23,033 nt of DNA from Vulcanimicrobiota bacterium (GCA_963786105.1 CAWAXX010000027.1:1-23033), one strand, 5' to 3'; counted from the stretch's first letter, positions 7,477 through 16,883 are shown. A program made the numbers and translations. The notes: generated by a model from the sequence alone, not told the origin.

Positions 7477-9267
7477 ATGGCTATCAAAGATCTTCCCGGC
7501 ACCGTCACCGGAACTCAGCCTTCACGGCTGGTCGAGATGTCGTGGGATCCGATTACGCGGATCGTCGGAAGCCTCGGTATCTACACCAAGATCGACTTTC
7601 AGAAGAAGATCGTCGCCGAATGTCACGCGACCTCGTCGATCTTCCGTGGTTACAGCATCTTCATGCGCGGCAAAGATCCGCGCGACGCGCACTTCATCAC
7701 GTCGCGCATCTGCGGCATCTGCGGCGACAACCATTGCGTCTGCTCGGTGTACGCGCAGAACATGGCCTTCGGCGTAAGGCCGCCGGCGATGGGTGAATGG
7801 ATCATGAATCTCGGCGAAGCGGCCGAGTATATGTTCGATCACAACATCTTTCAGGAGAATCTCGTCGGCGTCGACTACTGCGAGCGGATGGTTCGCGAGA
7901 CCAACCCGAGCGTTTGGGAGAAAGCCAAGAAAACCGAAGCGCCGAACGCCGGAATTCACGGCTATAAGACGATCGCCGATATCATGACGGCGCTCAACCC
8001 GTTTACCGGAGACTTCTACCGGCAAGCACTGCAGATTAGCCGCTACACGCGCGAGATGTTCTGCCTGATGGAAGGGCGCCACGTGCATCCGTCGACGCTC
8101 TATGCCGGCGGAACCGGAACGGTCGCGACGCAGCAGCTCTTCACCGACTACTACTCGCGGCTCATGCGCTACATCGAATACATGAAGGTCTGCGTGCCGC
8201 TGCACGACGATCTCTTCGACTTCTGGTATCAGGCTTTGCCGGGATACGAGCATAACGGCGAGCGGCGGACCTTGCTGGGCTGCTGGGGAGCCTTCCAAGA
8301 TCCCGACCATTGCGACTTCCAGTATAAGAACATGACCAACTGGGGCCGTCATATGTTCGTGACGCCGGGCGTCATCGTTGACGGGAAGCTGGTGACCAAC
8401 GATCTCGTTCAGATCAATCTGGCGATCCGCATCCTGCTCGGCCATTCATATTACGACGACTGGGAGAACGAGGAGGTCTTCGTTCCTCAAGATCCGCTGG
8501 GCAATCCGGTCGACCGGCGTCATCCCTGGAACATGCACACGCTGCCGACGCCCAAGAAACGCGACTTTGCCAACAAGTACAGCTGGGTGATGTCGCCGCG
8601 CTGGTTCGACGGCAAGGATTATCTGGCGCTCGATACCGGCGGCGGGCCTATTGCGCGCCTCTGGTCGACCGCGCTCTCGGGTTTGGTCGACATGGGCGGC
8701 TACGTCAAGGCGACCGGCAACAGCGTGAAGATCAATTTGCCCAAGAGCGCGCTCAGCGGGCCGGTTTCCTTTGAGTGGAAGGTGCCGAAGTGGTCGAACA
8801 CCCTGGAGCGTAATCGCGCACGCACCTACTTCCAAGCCTACAGCGCCGCCGCCGCACTCTTCTTCCTAGACAAAGCCTTCGAAGAACTCAACGCCGGCAG
8901 AACGCGTTCCTGGGAGCCGTTCACCGTCCCGAAGGAGGCAATCGGCTGCGGTTTTACCGAGGCAGTGCGCGGCGTTCTCTCTCATCACATGGTCATCCGC
9001 GAGGGTAAGATCGCCAACTATCATCCGTGGCCGCCGACGCCGTGGAACGGCAACCCGCGCGATATCTACGGAACTCCGGGACCGTACGAAGACGCGGTGC
9101 AGAACACGCCGATTCATGAGGAGAACGGACCGGACTCTTTCAAGGGCATCGACATCATGCGCGCGGTGCGTAGCTTCGATCCCTGTCTGCCGTGCGGCGT
9201 TCACATGTATCTGGGCGAAGGGAAGAGCATCGAGACGATACATTCACCCCTCGCGCCGTTCGGATAA
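7477..9267 (+). CDS. hhyL: Group 1h [NiFe]-hydrogenase large subunit
   Basis: L1 motif TSRICGICGDNH and L2 motif SFDPCLPCGVH, both typical of group 1h (former group 5). A 20-aa extension follows the L2 His. Confidence 0.97.
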   Translation: MAIKDLPGTVTGTQPSRLVEMSWDPITRIVGSLGIYTKIDFQKKIVAECHATSSIFRGYSIFMRGKDPRDAHFITSRICGICGDNHCVCSVYAQNMAFGVRPPAMGEWIMNLGEAAEYMFDHNIFQENLVGVDYCERMVRETNPSVWEKAKKTEAPNAGIHGYKTIADIMTALNPFTGDFYRQALQISRYTREMFCLMEGRHVHPSTLYAGGTGTVATQQLFTDYYSRLMRYIEYMKVCVPLHDDLFDFWYQALPGYEHNGERRTLLGCWGAFQDPDHCDFQYKNMTNWGRHMFVTPGVIVDGKLVTNDLVQINLAIRILLGHSYYDDWENEEVFVPQDPLGNPVDRRHPWNMHTLPTPKKRDFANKYSWVMSPRWFDGKDYLALDTGGGPIARLWSTALSGLVDMGGYVKATGNSVKINLPKSALSGPVSFEWKVPKWSNTLERNRARTYFQAYSAAAALFFLDKAFEELNAGRTRSWEPFTVPKEAIGCGFTEAVRGVLSHHMVIREGKIANYHPWPPTPWNGNPRDIYGTPGPYEDAVQNTPIHEENGPDSFKGIDIMRAVRSFDPCLPCGVHMYLGEGKSIETIHSPLAPFG

Positions 9268-9278
9268 ACGTTAAAGAG

Positions 9279-9821
9279 ATGAGCTCCGACGTCGCTGCCG
9301 TGGGAAGGCGGATCGAAGAGCTGCTCGCTGGTTTCGGCACACCTGGGGAGCACGACGAAGCCCGCGAGCGGGCCGAGGAGCTCGTTCGGACGATCGTGAC
9401 GCTGTACGGTGAGGGACTCGAACGTCTGCTCACGACCGTGCACGCTGAGCTTGGCGACCGTTCGGGCGAGCTCTTCGAACGGATCTGCGAAGACCGGCTC
9501 GTTGAGGGGCTCCTCTGCCTGCACGGATTGCATCCCGTCTCGCTCGAGGATCGCATCGACCAAGCGATGCAATCGGCGTTGCCCTACATCCGGTCGCACC
9601 ATGGCAACATGGAGCTCTCGCGGATCGACGGCGATGTCGTCTATTTGCGCCTCGAGGGCAGCTGTGACGGCTGCGCCGCCTCGGCCTCGACCCTCAAGCT
9701 AGCCGTCGAGCGCGCCATTTTGGAACGCGCGCCGGAGATTCGGGAGGTGCGTGCCGAGGAAAGCTTGCTTGCGCAGAGCGGCCTGCCGGAAACTTCGCTT
9801 CGGGTCGTCGCACGGGTGTGA
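9279..9821 (+). CDS. NifU-like Fe-S protein (HhyE-type)
   Basis: ATG at 9279 after hhyL. LHGLHP motif and NifU C-terminal domain signature PYIRSHHG...LEGSCDGCAAS. Confidence 0.85.
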   Translation: MSSDVAAVGRRIEELLAGFGTPGEHDEARERAEELVRTIVTLYGEGLERLLTTVHAELGDRSGELFERICEDRLVEGLLCLHGLHPVSLEDRIDQAMQSALPYIRSHHGNMELSRIDGDVVYLRLEGSCDGCAASASTLKLAVERAILERAPEIREVRAEESLLAQSGLPETSLRVVARV

Positions 9822-10465
9822 ATGACGTGAATAACGGCGGGGATAATCAGGCGTTACTGCAGCGCATGCTGCAGAAACGCCCGCCACCCGGCGAGCGCTG
9901 TGATTTCTGCTCGGCGCCTCTTGCACCGGCGCACAGCCATCTCATCGAGCTTGCCGCGCGGCGGATTCTTTGCTCCTGCCGGCCCTGCTACATCGTCTTC
10001 GAACCGGAAGGCGCCGCAGTCGGGCGATACCGTCCGATTCCCGAGCGTTATCTCGGGCTCGCGGATTTCGCCCTCGAAGATGCGACGTGGGACGCGCTCG
10101 CCATTCCGATCGGTCTAGCCTTCCTGTTTTACAACTCGCTGGAAAAGAAGATGGTCGCCTTTTATCCCAGTCCGGTCGGCGCTACAGAATCGTTGCTGCC
10201 GCTCGATACGTGGGGCGAGATTGCAGCGGCCAACCCCGTACTATCGTCGCTGAGTCCCGACGTCGAAGCGATCCTCATACAACGCTCGCCGGAGCGGCCG
10301 CGCTGCTTTATCGTGCCGATTGACGCCGCCTACGAGCTGGTCGGCACGATCCGGAGCACGTGGAAGGGCTTCGACGGCGGAGAGGAGGCGCACCGCCGCA
10401 TCGGCGAGTTCTTCGACAGGGTCGAGGAACGGGCGCGCGGCAGCGTGACCGCTCGCGTGACATGA
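9818..10465 (+). CDS. Conserved group 1h accessory protein (DUF5947-like)
   Basis: ERCDFC...HSHL...CSCRPC, IPIGLAF, AFYPSPVGATES and VPIDAAYELVG motifs. GTGA overlap with the upstream gene. Confidence 0.85.
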   Translation: MNDVNNGGDNQALLQRMLQKRPPPGERCDFCSAPLAPAHSHLIELAARRILCSCRPCYIVFEPEGAAVGRYRPIPERYLGLADFALEDATWDALAIPIGLAFLFYNSLEKKMVAFYPSPVGATESLLPLDTWGEIAAANPVLSSLSPDVEAILIQRSPERPRCFIVPIDAAYELVGTIRSTWKGFDGGEEAHRRIGEFFDRVEERARGSVTARVT

Positions 10466-11100
10466 TCGATCTCTCGTTTAGCATTACCGGCGCTCGCGTC
10501 GACCGCTATGCAGCATCGCCGTGCATTTTGCTGCGAGTTGCCGTGCGGGAACGAACCGGTGCGCGCGTAGGTGCGATCGCGCTGCGGGCGCAGATTCAGC
10601 TCGAGGTCGCACGACGGCGCTACCTCCCCGAAGAGAGCGCGCTGCTCGCCGAACTTTTTGGCGAGCCTTCACGTTACGCGCAAACGCTCAAACCGATGCT
10701 TTGGACGCACGTCGCGCAGACGGTGCTGGCATTCCAAGGCGAAGGCGAGTTCGATTTGCCGGTGCCCTGCAGCTACGATTTCGAAGTAGCGTCGAATAAG
10801 TATCTGGCGTCGCTGCAAGACGGCGCGATACCCATCAACCTGCTCTTCAGCGGCGCAGTCTTCGTAGATGGGCCGGATGCCGTTACTGCCGAACTGGTGC
10901 CATGGAGTTGCGAGGCGCGGTATTCGCTCCCGGTGGCGCTGTGGCGCGAAGCGATGGAGGCTTTCTTCCCCAACTCCGCGTGGATCCGCGTGAATCGCGA
11001 CCTCTTCGACGAACTGCGACGCTTCAAGACGGCCACCGGCCTACCGACGTGGGACGCCGCGCTCGAACGTCTCTGCGAGCTGGCACGGGTGAAGCCGTGA
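10462..11100 (+). CDS. Conserved group 1h accessory protein (DUF6084-like)
   Basis: ATGA overlap start (MIDLSF). Motifs LFGEPSRY, PCSYDFEVA, LLFSG and VPWSCEARY. Confidence 0.85.
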   Translation: MIDLSFSITGARVDRYAASPCILLRVAVRERTGARVGAIALRAQIQLEVARRRYLPEESALLAELFGEPSRYAQTLKPMLWTHVAQTVLAFQGEGEFDLPVPCSYDFEVASNKYLASLQDGAIPINLLFSGAVFVDGPDAVTAELVPWSCEARYSLPVALWREAMEAFFPNSAWIRVNRDLFDELRRFKTATGLPTWDAALERLCELARVKP

Positions 11101-12377
11101 ACTCAATGGCGCCTGCCCTCGCCGTCGCCAACGCGGTGCTGTACGAAGGCTATATTCTCTTTCCGTACACCGCGTCGGCAAAGAAGAATCGCATCCGTTG
11201 GCAGTTCGGCGTGATCGTGCCGCAGGCGTACGCCGACGGCGGAACGGGCGAGCCGGCCGAAGCGCAGACCGAGATCTACGTCGAGTGCGAAGAGTCGACG
11301 CGCGTAACGGTGTTGGTCCGCTTTCTCCAAGTCGAGCCACGGTGGGTTCAACATCTCGAAGGCGGCAACTTCGTTACGGTCGATGCGCTCGAAATCGATG
11401 GGCGTCGAGTGGTCACGTTCGACGAAGGCGTCGAACGCGAAGTCACGTTCTGCGTCGATCCGGCAATGCGATCGATCGCCGTTCCGATCGCATTCGCCGC
11501 GGAGGAGCGGATCGAACCACTGCACGATGCTGCCGGCAACCTTCGCGGCCGGATTCTTCGCCGGCGCTGGGCGTTGCACGGCTCGGTGACGGTCGATTGC
11601 GAGCCGGTCGTCGCGAAGGCGTCGCTGCGCAAACTGCGCGTTCGCATCGCTAATGCGTCGGCCGTCGTCGAGGGCGAGCGAAGCTCGGCGCTGCGCACGG
11701 CGTTCGTTTCGACGCACACGCTGCTAAATGCCGAACGCGGCCGTTTTCTCTCGGTGCTCGACCCGCCGCACGAGGCTGAAACGGAAACCGCGACGCTGGT
11801 CAATCGGCACACGTGGCCGGTTCTGGTCGGCGACGGCGAAGCCGACGCGCAGCGCTCGTCGCTCGTGCTCTCCTCGCCGATTATTCTGTACGACTTTCCG
11901 GCGGTTGCGGCGCAGAGCGAAGGCGATACCTTCGACGCCACCGAGATCGACGAGCTGATGATGCTGAGCGTGCGCAGCCTCTCCGACGAGGAGCGCGAGG
12001 AAGCGCGAGCGACCGATCCGCGCGCCCGCGCGATCGTCGAGCGCGCGGAGCGATTCGGCGCCGAAGAGCTGACCGAGCTGCACGGTGTGCTCGACATCCC
12101 GTCGATGGATTGCGTATTCGTGCAAGGAACGAAGATCGCGAAGGGCTCGGTGGTTCGGCTCCATCCCAAGCGCCGCGCCGACGTCTGGGATCTCTTTCTC
12201 GAGGGCAAACTTGCTACGGTGCGCGCCATCCATCAAGACGTCGACAATCAAATGTACGTCGCCGTAACCGTCGACGACGACCCCGCCAGCGAACTGCACG
12301 ACTGGTACGGGCGCTCGCTCTTCTTTTATCCCGACGAAGTCGAACCGGCGTCGATGGTTGCGGAGGGCTCGGGGTGA
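11097..12377 (+). CDS. Conserved group 1h accessory hypothetical protein
   Basis: GTG start overlapping the upstream stop (alternative ATG at 11106). AVLYEGYILFPY...KNRIRWQFG, LSSPIILYDFP, FDATEIDE and GRSLFFYPDEVEP motifs, as recalled from 1h clusters. Confidence 0.85.
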   Translation: MNSMAPALAVANAVLYEGYILFPYTASAKKNRIRWQFGVIVPQAYADGGTGEPAEAQTEIYVECEESTRVTVLVRFLQVEPRWVQHLEGGNFVTVDALEIDGRRVVTFDEGVEREVTFCVDPAMRSIAVPIAFAAEERIEPLHDAAGNLRGRILRRRWALHGSVTVDCEPVVAKASLRKLRVRIANASAVVEGERSSALRTAFVSTHTLLNAERGRFLSVLDPPHEAETETATLVNRHTWPVLVGDGEADAQRSSLVLSSPIILYDFPAVAAQSEGDTFDATEIDELMMLSVRSLSDEEREEARATDPRARAIVERAERFGAEELTELHGVLDIPSMDCVFVQGTKIAKGSVVRLHPKRRADVWDLFLEGKLATVRAIHQDVDNQMYVAVTVDDDPASELHDWYGRSLFFYPDEVEPASMVAEGSG

Positions 12378-12976
12378 AGCTGCTGGTGGCCGGCATCGGC
12401 AACATCTTTTTCGGCGACGACGGATTCGGTCCGGAGGTGGCACGTGCGCTGGCAACCGACGAGTTCCCCGGCGTCAAGATTGAAGACTTCGGCATCCGCG
12501 GGCTCCATCTCGCCTACGAGCTGCTCTCGGGCTACGACCGCGCGTTCCTCGTCGACGCGGTTCCCCGTGGCGGACGGCCCGGCACGCTGTATTTGATCGA
12601 GCCGGAATCGCCGCGTTCGGCAACGATGCCCGATGCGCACCGAATGGACCTGGAAAACGTCTTTGCGTTTCTCGACCTGCTCGGCGGCAAGCCACCGCCG
12701 ATTACCCTCATCGGATGCGAGCCATCGCAGATCGACGAAGAGATCGGGCTCTCGCAGCCGGTTCGCGACATGGTCGTGCCGGCGGCCGATCTCGTGCGCA
12801 AACTCCTGAGCGAAACCTTAGCCGCAACCAAAGCGGCGGAAAAGAGAGCAAGGTATGGTCAGAGGCATAATCGTGGGCGCGATTGCGTTTGCAGTTGCAT
12901 TCGCAGCCGAACGCGTCATTGCCGGCATGCAGCCGGATCTCGAGCGGTACGACGCCATGCGCAAGATGTCGGGTGA
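12374..12976 (+). CDS. hupD: Hydrogenase maturation endopeptidase (HupD/HybD family)
   Basis: GTG start with a GTGA overlap. LVAGIGNIFFGDDGFG, DFGIRGLHLAYEL and DAH motifs. The C-terminus runs 122 nt into the next gene. Confidence 0.9.
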   Translation: MKLLVAGIGNIFFGDDGFGPEVARALATDEFPGVKIEDFGIRGLHLAYELLSGYDRAFLVDAVPRGGRPGTLYLIEPESPRSATMPDAHRMDLENVFAFLDLLGGKPPPITLIGCEPSQIDEEIGLSQPVRDMVVPAADLVRKLLSETLAATKAAEKRARYGQRHNRGRDCVCSCIRSRTRHCRHAAGSRAVRRHAQDVG

Positions 12977-13112
12977 AGAGCCGCTCCCCAAAGAGCTGCT
13001 CTCGACGGTTGGATCGTTGTTCTCCGGGTCGGTGAACAAGAGCGCCGTTTCCTCGCTCATCGACTCTCTCACCAACGACGCCGTACGCTATGCGAAGATG
13101 CGAGGCATGTGA
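12855..13112 (+). CDS. Small protein with a hydrophobic N-terminus and a duplicated DxxRYxxMRxM motif (DUF6893-like)
   Basis: 85 aa containing PDLERYDAMRKM and NDAVRYAKMRGM. Confidence 0.7.
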   Translation: MVRGIIVGAIAFAVAFAAERVIAGMQPDLERYDAMRKMSGEEPLPKELLSTVGSLFSGSVNKSAVSSLIDSLTNDAVRYAKMRGM

Positions 13113-13651
13113 ATCGAATGGCCGCGCCCGCGGAGACGGTCATCCGCTACGACGTCGATTCGGCAGACTCTTCGCTGGCGATCGAAGCCCGGTCGACCCT
13201 GCACGCCGTGCGAGCGGCCGCCTCGGGGCTCACCGGATACGTCGTCGCGGGCTGGAACTCCGACGGCAGCCTGGCCGCCGCCCCGGCCCCGATCGTGCAC
13301 GTCGAGTTTCCTATCGACCAGGTTCGGTCCGGCAACGCGATGCAGGATCGGGAGATGCGCCGTCTGGTCGACGCGGGAAGATTCCCCAAGGCAAGCGGCG
13401 ACCTTCGCAGCGTTGACTCGATCGCACCGCCGGGGCGCTATCGGGCCAGCGGCGAGATCACCCTGGTAGGCCGCTCGCGCACGTACGCCGGCGAGTTTAC
13501 GATGACAAACGACGAGGGAATTGTTACCGTCGAAGGCGAGTTCAGCATCGATATCCGCGATTTTGGTCTCAAACCACCGAGCTTGCTGATACTCAAGGTC
13601 GATCCCGTCTTGCGCGTGATCTTGCGGCTCGTTGCGAGGAAGGGCGCGTGA
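13109..13651 (+). CDS. YceI-like (lipid/polyisoprenoid-binding beta-barrel) protein, copy 1
   Basis: YDVDSADSSL, RSGNAMQDREM, RFP, GEITLVG and IDIRDFGL follow the YceI pattern. No signal peptide. Alternative start at ATG 13118. Confidence 0.8.
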   Translation: MNRMAAPAETVIRYDVDSADSSLAIEARSTLHAVRAAASGLTGYVVAGWNSDGSLAAAPAPIVHVEFPIDQVRSGNAMQDREMRRLVDAGRFPKASGDLRSVDSIAPPGRYRASGEITLVGRSRTYAGEFTMTNDEGIVTVEGEFSIDIRDFGLKPPSLLILKVDPVLRVILRLVARKGA

Positions 13652-14226
13652 CGGTCATCGAAGAGCGATGCGACGAGCGTGTACAATTGAAAGTCATGGC
13701 AGAAAAGCCGAGCTACGAACGCTTCGATGTTGCGAGCGGCGACTCGTCGCTGACCTTCTTTGCGACGTCGACCCTCTTCCCGGTGTACGGAAAAGCGACT
13801 GAGATGACCGGCTATGTCGAGGCGGCCTGGCACGAGAACGGAACGCTGGCCGTCGATCCGCCGCCGCGGATGTACGTCGAGCTCAAGGTCGAGAGCCTGC
13901 GCACCGGCAACGAGCTGCAGGACCGCGAGATGTGGAAGCTCATCGACAGCAAGCGCTTTCCCAAGATCGTCGGAGAGCTGCGCGAGCTGAGCGCGGCTGC
14001 GCTGCCCGGGCGCTACACCGCCGCGGGCAATATCACGCTGGCCGGCCTGGCGCGCCGCTACGAAGGCGAGCTATTGCCTTCGCGCGATGGCGATTCAGTG
14101 CGAATCGCCGGCGAGATCAACGTCGACGTCCGTGACTTTGGATTGAAGTCGATGAACCTGCTCGTGCTCAGCGTCGAGCCGCTGGTGCGCGTGCGCCTGC
14201 GCATGGTCGCGCGTAAGAAAGGGTAG
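13648..14226 (+). CDS. YceI-like protein, copy 2
   Basis: FDVASGDSSL, RTGNELQDREM, RFP, GNITLAG and VDVRDFGL. Collinear with copy 1. Alternative start at ATG 13696. Confidence 0.8.
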   Translation: MTVIEERCDERVQLKVMAEKPSYERFDVASGDSSLTFFATSTLFPVYGKATEMTGYVEAAWHENGTLAVDPPPRMYVELKVESLRTGNELQDREMWKLIDSKRFPKIVGELRELSAAALPGRYTAAGNITLAGLARRYEGELLPSRDGDSVRIAGEINVDVRDFGLKSMNLLVLSVEPLVRVRLRMVARKKG

Positions 14227-14234
14227 AGGCCGCC

Positions 14235-14513
14235 ATGTGTTTGGCCATTCCCGGCCGCATCATCGAGATTTCGCCCGAGCAGTCGGCGCTCGCGAAGGTC
14301 GACGTGGCCGGCGTGCGGCGCAACGTCAACATCAGCCTCCTCGAGGACGAGGGCGTGCAATCCGGAGATTGGGTCTTGATCCACGTCGGATTTGCGATGA
14401 GCAAGATCGAGGAATCGCAGGCGCGCGATCAGCTGCAAATGCTCGCGGCGCTGGGCGAAGACGAGATGGCAATGGACGAGATACGAGGTTATACGTTTGC
14501 CGAACGCGAGTGA
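14235..14513 (+). CDS. hypC: Hydrogenase maturation chaperone HypC
   Basis: MCLAIPG N-terminus and GDWVLIHVGFAM motif. Confidence 0.96.
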   Translation: MCLAIPGRIIEISPEQSALAKVDVAGVRRNVNISLLEDEGVQSGDWVLIHVGFAMSKIEESQARDQLQMLAALGEDEMAMDEIRGYTFAERE

Positions 14514-14706
14514 AGGCTGCACGGCCTGCGGCGACACTGCGTTGGCGCTGCGTGTCCTCGAACGCGACGGCAACCGTGCGATTTGCATCGGCGCGGACGG
14601 TGGACGGAGCGTCGTAGAGCTGGATTTTGTTCCCGACGCTACGACCGGCGACGTCGTACTCGTTCACTTCGGCGTTGCAATCGCGCGGGCGCCACGGGAA
14701 TCGTGA
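14497..14706 (+). CDS. Second HypC/HupF-like protein with an N-terminal CxxC
   Basis: TTG start with GAGG 8 nt upstream. CTACGD followed by the HypC-like GDVVLVHFGVAI motif. Confidence 0.75.
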   Translation: MPNASEGCTACGDTALALRVLERDGNRAICIGADGGRSVVELDFVPDATTGDVVLVHFGVAIARAPRES

Positions 14707-14707
14707 G

Positions 14708-15820
14708 ATGAAGTTCGTCGACGAGTTTCGCGACCCGCAACTCATTCGCAACGTTTCGCGCGAAATCGCCCGGTTGGCCAACTCCGATCGTCACTACCGC
14801 ATCATGGAGGTCTGCGGCGGGCATACCCACGCCATTTACCGGCACGGCCTCAAGAATCTGTTGCCGCCCAACGTCGAGCTGATTCACGGACCGGGATGTC
14901 CGGTCTGCGTCTTGCCGATGGGGCGCATCGACGACGGTCTGGCGATCGCCGAACAGCGCGACGTAATCATGACCGCCTTCGGCGATATGATGCGCGTCCC
15001 CGGAACGAGGGGAACGCCGCTCGAGCTCAAGGCGCGCGGCGTGGATATCCGGATGGTCTACTCGCCGCTGGACGCGCTGCGCATCGCCCAGAATACGCCC
15101 GATAAGCACGTCTTTTTCTTCGCCATCGGCTTCGAAACCACGGCGCCGTCGACGGCGCTGACGCTGGCGCGCGCGAAGGCGTTGGGGATTCGCAACTTCT
15201 CCGTGTTTTGCAATCACGTCACGATCGTTCCGGCGATTCGCGCGATTTTAGATTCGCCCGATATGCGTCTGGATGCGTTCGTCGGGCCGGGACACGTTTC
15301 GACGGTAACCGGATGCCGGCCGTACGAGTTCATCGCGCGCGACTATGGCAAGCCGGTCGTCATCTCGGGCTTCGAGCCGCTCGACATCCTCGAGTCAATC
15401 CTGATGATCTTGCGGCAGCTGCGCCATAAAGAGTCGCGCGTCGAGAATCAATATCGCCGCATCGTTCCCTGGGAAGGCAACTTGCCGGCACTGGCGGCAA
15501 TCGGCGAAACCTTTGAGCTGCGCCCGTATTTCGAGTGGCGCGGTTTGGGATTCATCTCGCAGTCGGCGCTGAAAGTCTCCAAGGCCTACGCGCAATGGGA
15601 TTCGGAGGTGCAGTTCGAGGTACCCGGCGTGCGCGTTACCGATCCGAAGGCGGCGCAGTGCGGCGAGGTGCTCAAGGGCGTGCTCAAACCGCCGCAGTGC
15701 AAGCTCTTTGGAAAAGAGTGTAATCCCGAGCATCCTATCGGCGCGCTGATGGTCTCGAGCGAAGGTGCCTGCGCGGCCTACTATCGCTACGTGGACCTCA
15801 ACGAGTCGGTGACGGCTTAG
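14708..15820 (+). CDS. hypD: Hydrogenase formation protein HypD
   Basis: MKFVDEFRD start at ATG 14708. MEVCGGHTH, GPGCPVCV, GFETTAP, GPGHVS and MVSSEGACAAYY motifs. Confidence 0.97.
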   Translation: MKFVDEFRDPQLIRNVSREIARLANSDRHYRIMEVCGGHTHAIYRHGLKNLLPPNVELIHGPGCPVCVLPMGRIDDGLAIAEQRDVIMTAFGDMMRVPGTRGTPLELKARGVDIRMVYSPLDALRIAQNTPDKHVFFFAIGFETTAPSTALTLARAKALGIRNFSVFCNHVTIVPAIRAILDSPDMRLDAFVGPGHVSTVTGCRPYEFIARDYGKPVVISGFEPLDILESILMILRQLRHKESRVENQYRRIVPWEGNLPALAAIGETFELRPYFEWRGLGFISQSALKVSKAYAQWDSEVQFEVPGVRVTDPKAAQCGEVLKGVLKPPQCKLFGKECNPEHPIGALMVSSEGACAAYYRYVDLNESVTA

Positions 15821-15833
15821 AGGCCTCCCTGGC

Positions 15834-16883
15834 ATGGACACCATCGAACGCGCCGCGCCGCGTGTGCGTTTTGGCGACAGTCAAATCGAAATGGCGCACG
15901 GTGCCGGCGGTAAAGCCTCGCGGCGTTTGGTCGAAGGCCTTTTCGTTCCGTTGCTCTCCAACCCGATTTTGGAGACGCTCTCCGACGCCGCAATCTCCGA
16001 TTTCAACGGGTCACGGATTGCCACGACCGCGGACGCCTACGTCGTCAAGCCGCTACGCTTCCCCGGTGGATCGATCGGCGAGCTGGCGGTCAACGGAACG
16101 GTCAACGACTTGGCGGTCTCCGGTGCAAAGCCGCTCGGGCTCATGGCGGCGTTTATTCTCGAGGCCGGCCTGACCGGCGAGGCGCTGCGAGCCGAGGTCG
16201 AGGCGATGGCCGCGGCGGCGGCACGTGCCGGGGTTGCCATCGTCGGCGGCGACACCAAAGTCGTCGAGCACGGAATGGCCGACGGAATGTACGTCACGAC
16301 ATTCGGGTTCGGCGAAGTCGATGCGCGCGCGCGTCTCGGACCGGCGCGAGTTCGCGAGGGCGATCGGGTGTTGCTCTCGGGCCCCATCGGCGATCACGGC
16401 ATCACCATTTTGCTCGCGCGTGGCGAACTCGATCTCGAAGCCGATTTGGTTTCGGACACCCGCTCGGTCGCGCCATTCGTCGACGCGCTACTCGATTCGG
16501 CCGGGGACGCGCTGCACTGGATGCGCGATCCGACGCGCGGCGGCGTGGCCACGGCACTCAACGAGCTGGTGCATGCGACCGAACTCGGGATAACGCTCTT
16601 CGAAGAAGCGATTCCGCTGCGCGACGAGGTGCGCGGAGCCTGCGAGATTCTCGGCCTCGATCCGCTGCACATCGCCAACGAAGGGCAGCTTCTTGCCGTT
16701 GTCGCGCCCGACAGCTCCGATGCGGCCCTGGCAGCGATGCGAGCCGTGCCGGGCGGCGAAGGTGCCGTCTGCATCGGTGAAGTGAGGTCGAAACCGGCGC
16801 GAGCGGTGCTGGCGGTGACGAGCTATGGCGGAAGCCGCATCATCGACATGCTCGTCGGCGACCCTCTGCCACGCATATGCTGA
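15834..16883 (+). CDS. hypE: Carbamoyl dehydratase HypE
   Basis: MAHGAGG, GGDTKVV, MRDPTRGG, ANEG and the C-terminal PRIC motif. Confidence 0.97.
   Translation: MDTIERAAPRVRFGDSQIEMAHGAGGKASRRLVEGLFVPLLSNPILETLSDAAISDFNGSRIATTADAYVVKPLRFPGGSIGELAVNGTVNDLAVSGAKPLGLMAAFILEAGLTGEALRAEVEAMAAAAARAGVAIVGGDTKVVEHGMADGMYVTTFGFGEVDARARLGPARVREGDRVLLSGPIGDHGITILLARGELDLEADLVSDTRSVAPFVDALLDSAGDALHWMRDPTRGGVATALNELVHATELGITLFEEAIPLRDEVRGACEILGLDPLHIANEGQLLAVVAPDSSDAALAAMRAVPGGEGAVCIGEVRSKPARAVLAVTSYGGSRIIDMLVGDPLPRIC

Noticed and set aside
9178..9204. Possibility that the hydrogenase is a [NiFeSe] enzyme, given the nearby Sec gene
   Set aside because: The L2 motif is DPCLPC with TGT at 9184-9186, and hhyL has no in-frame TGA.
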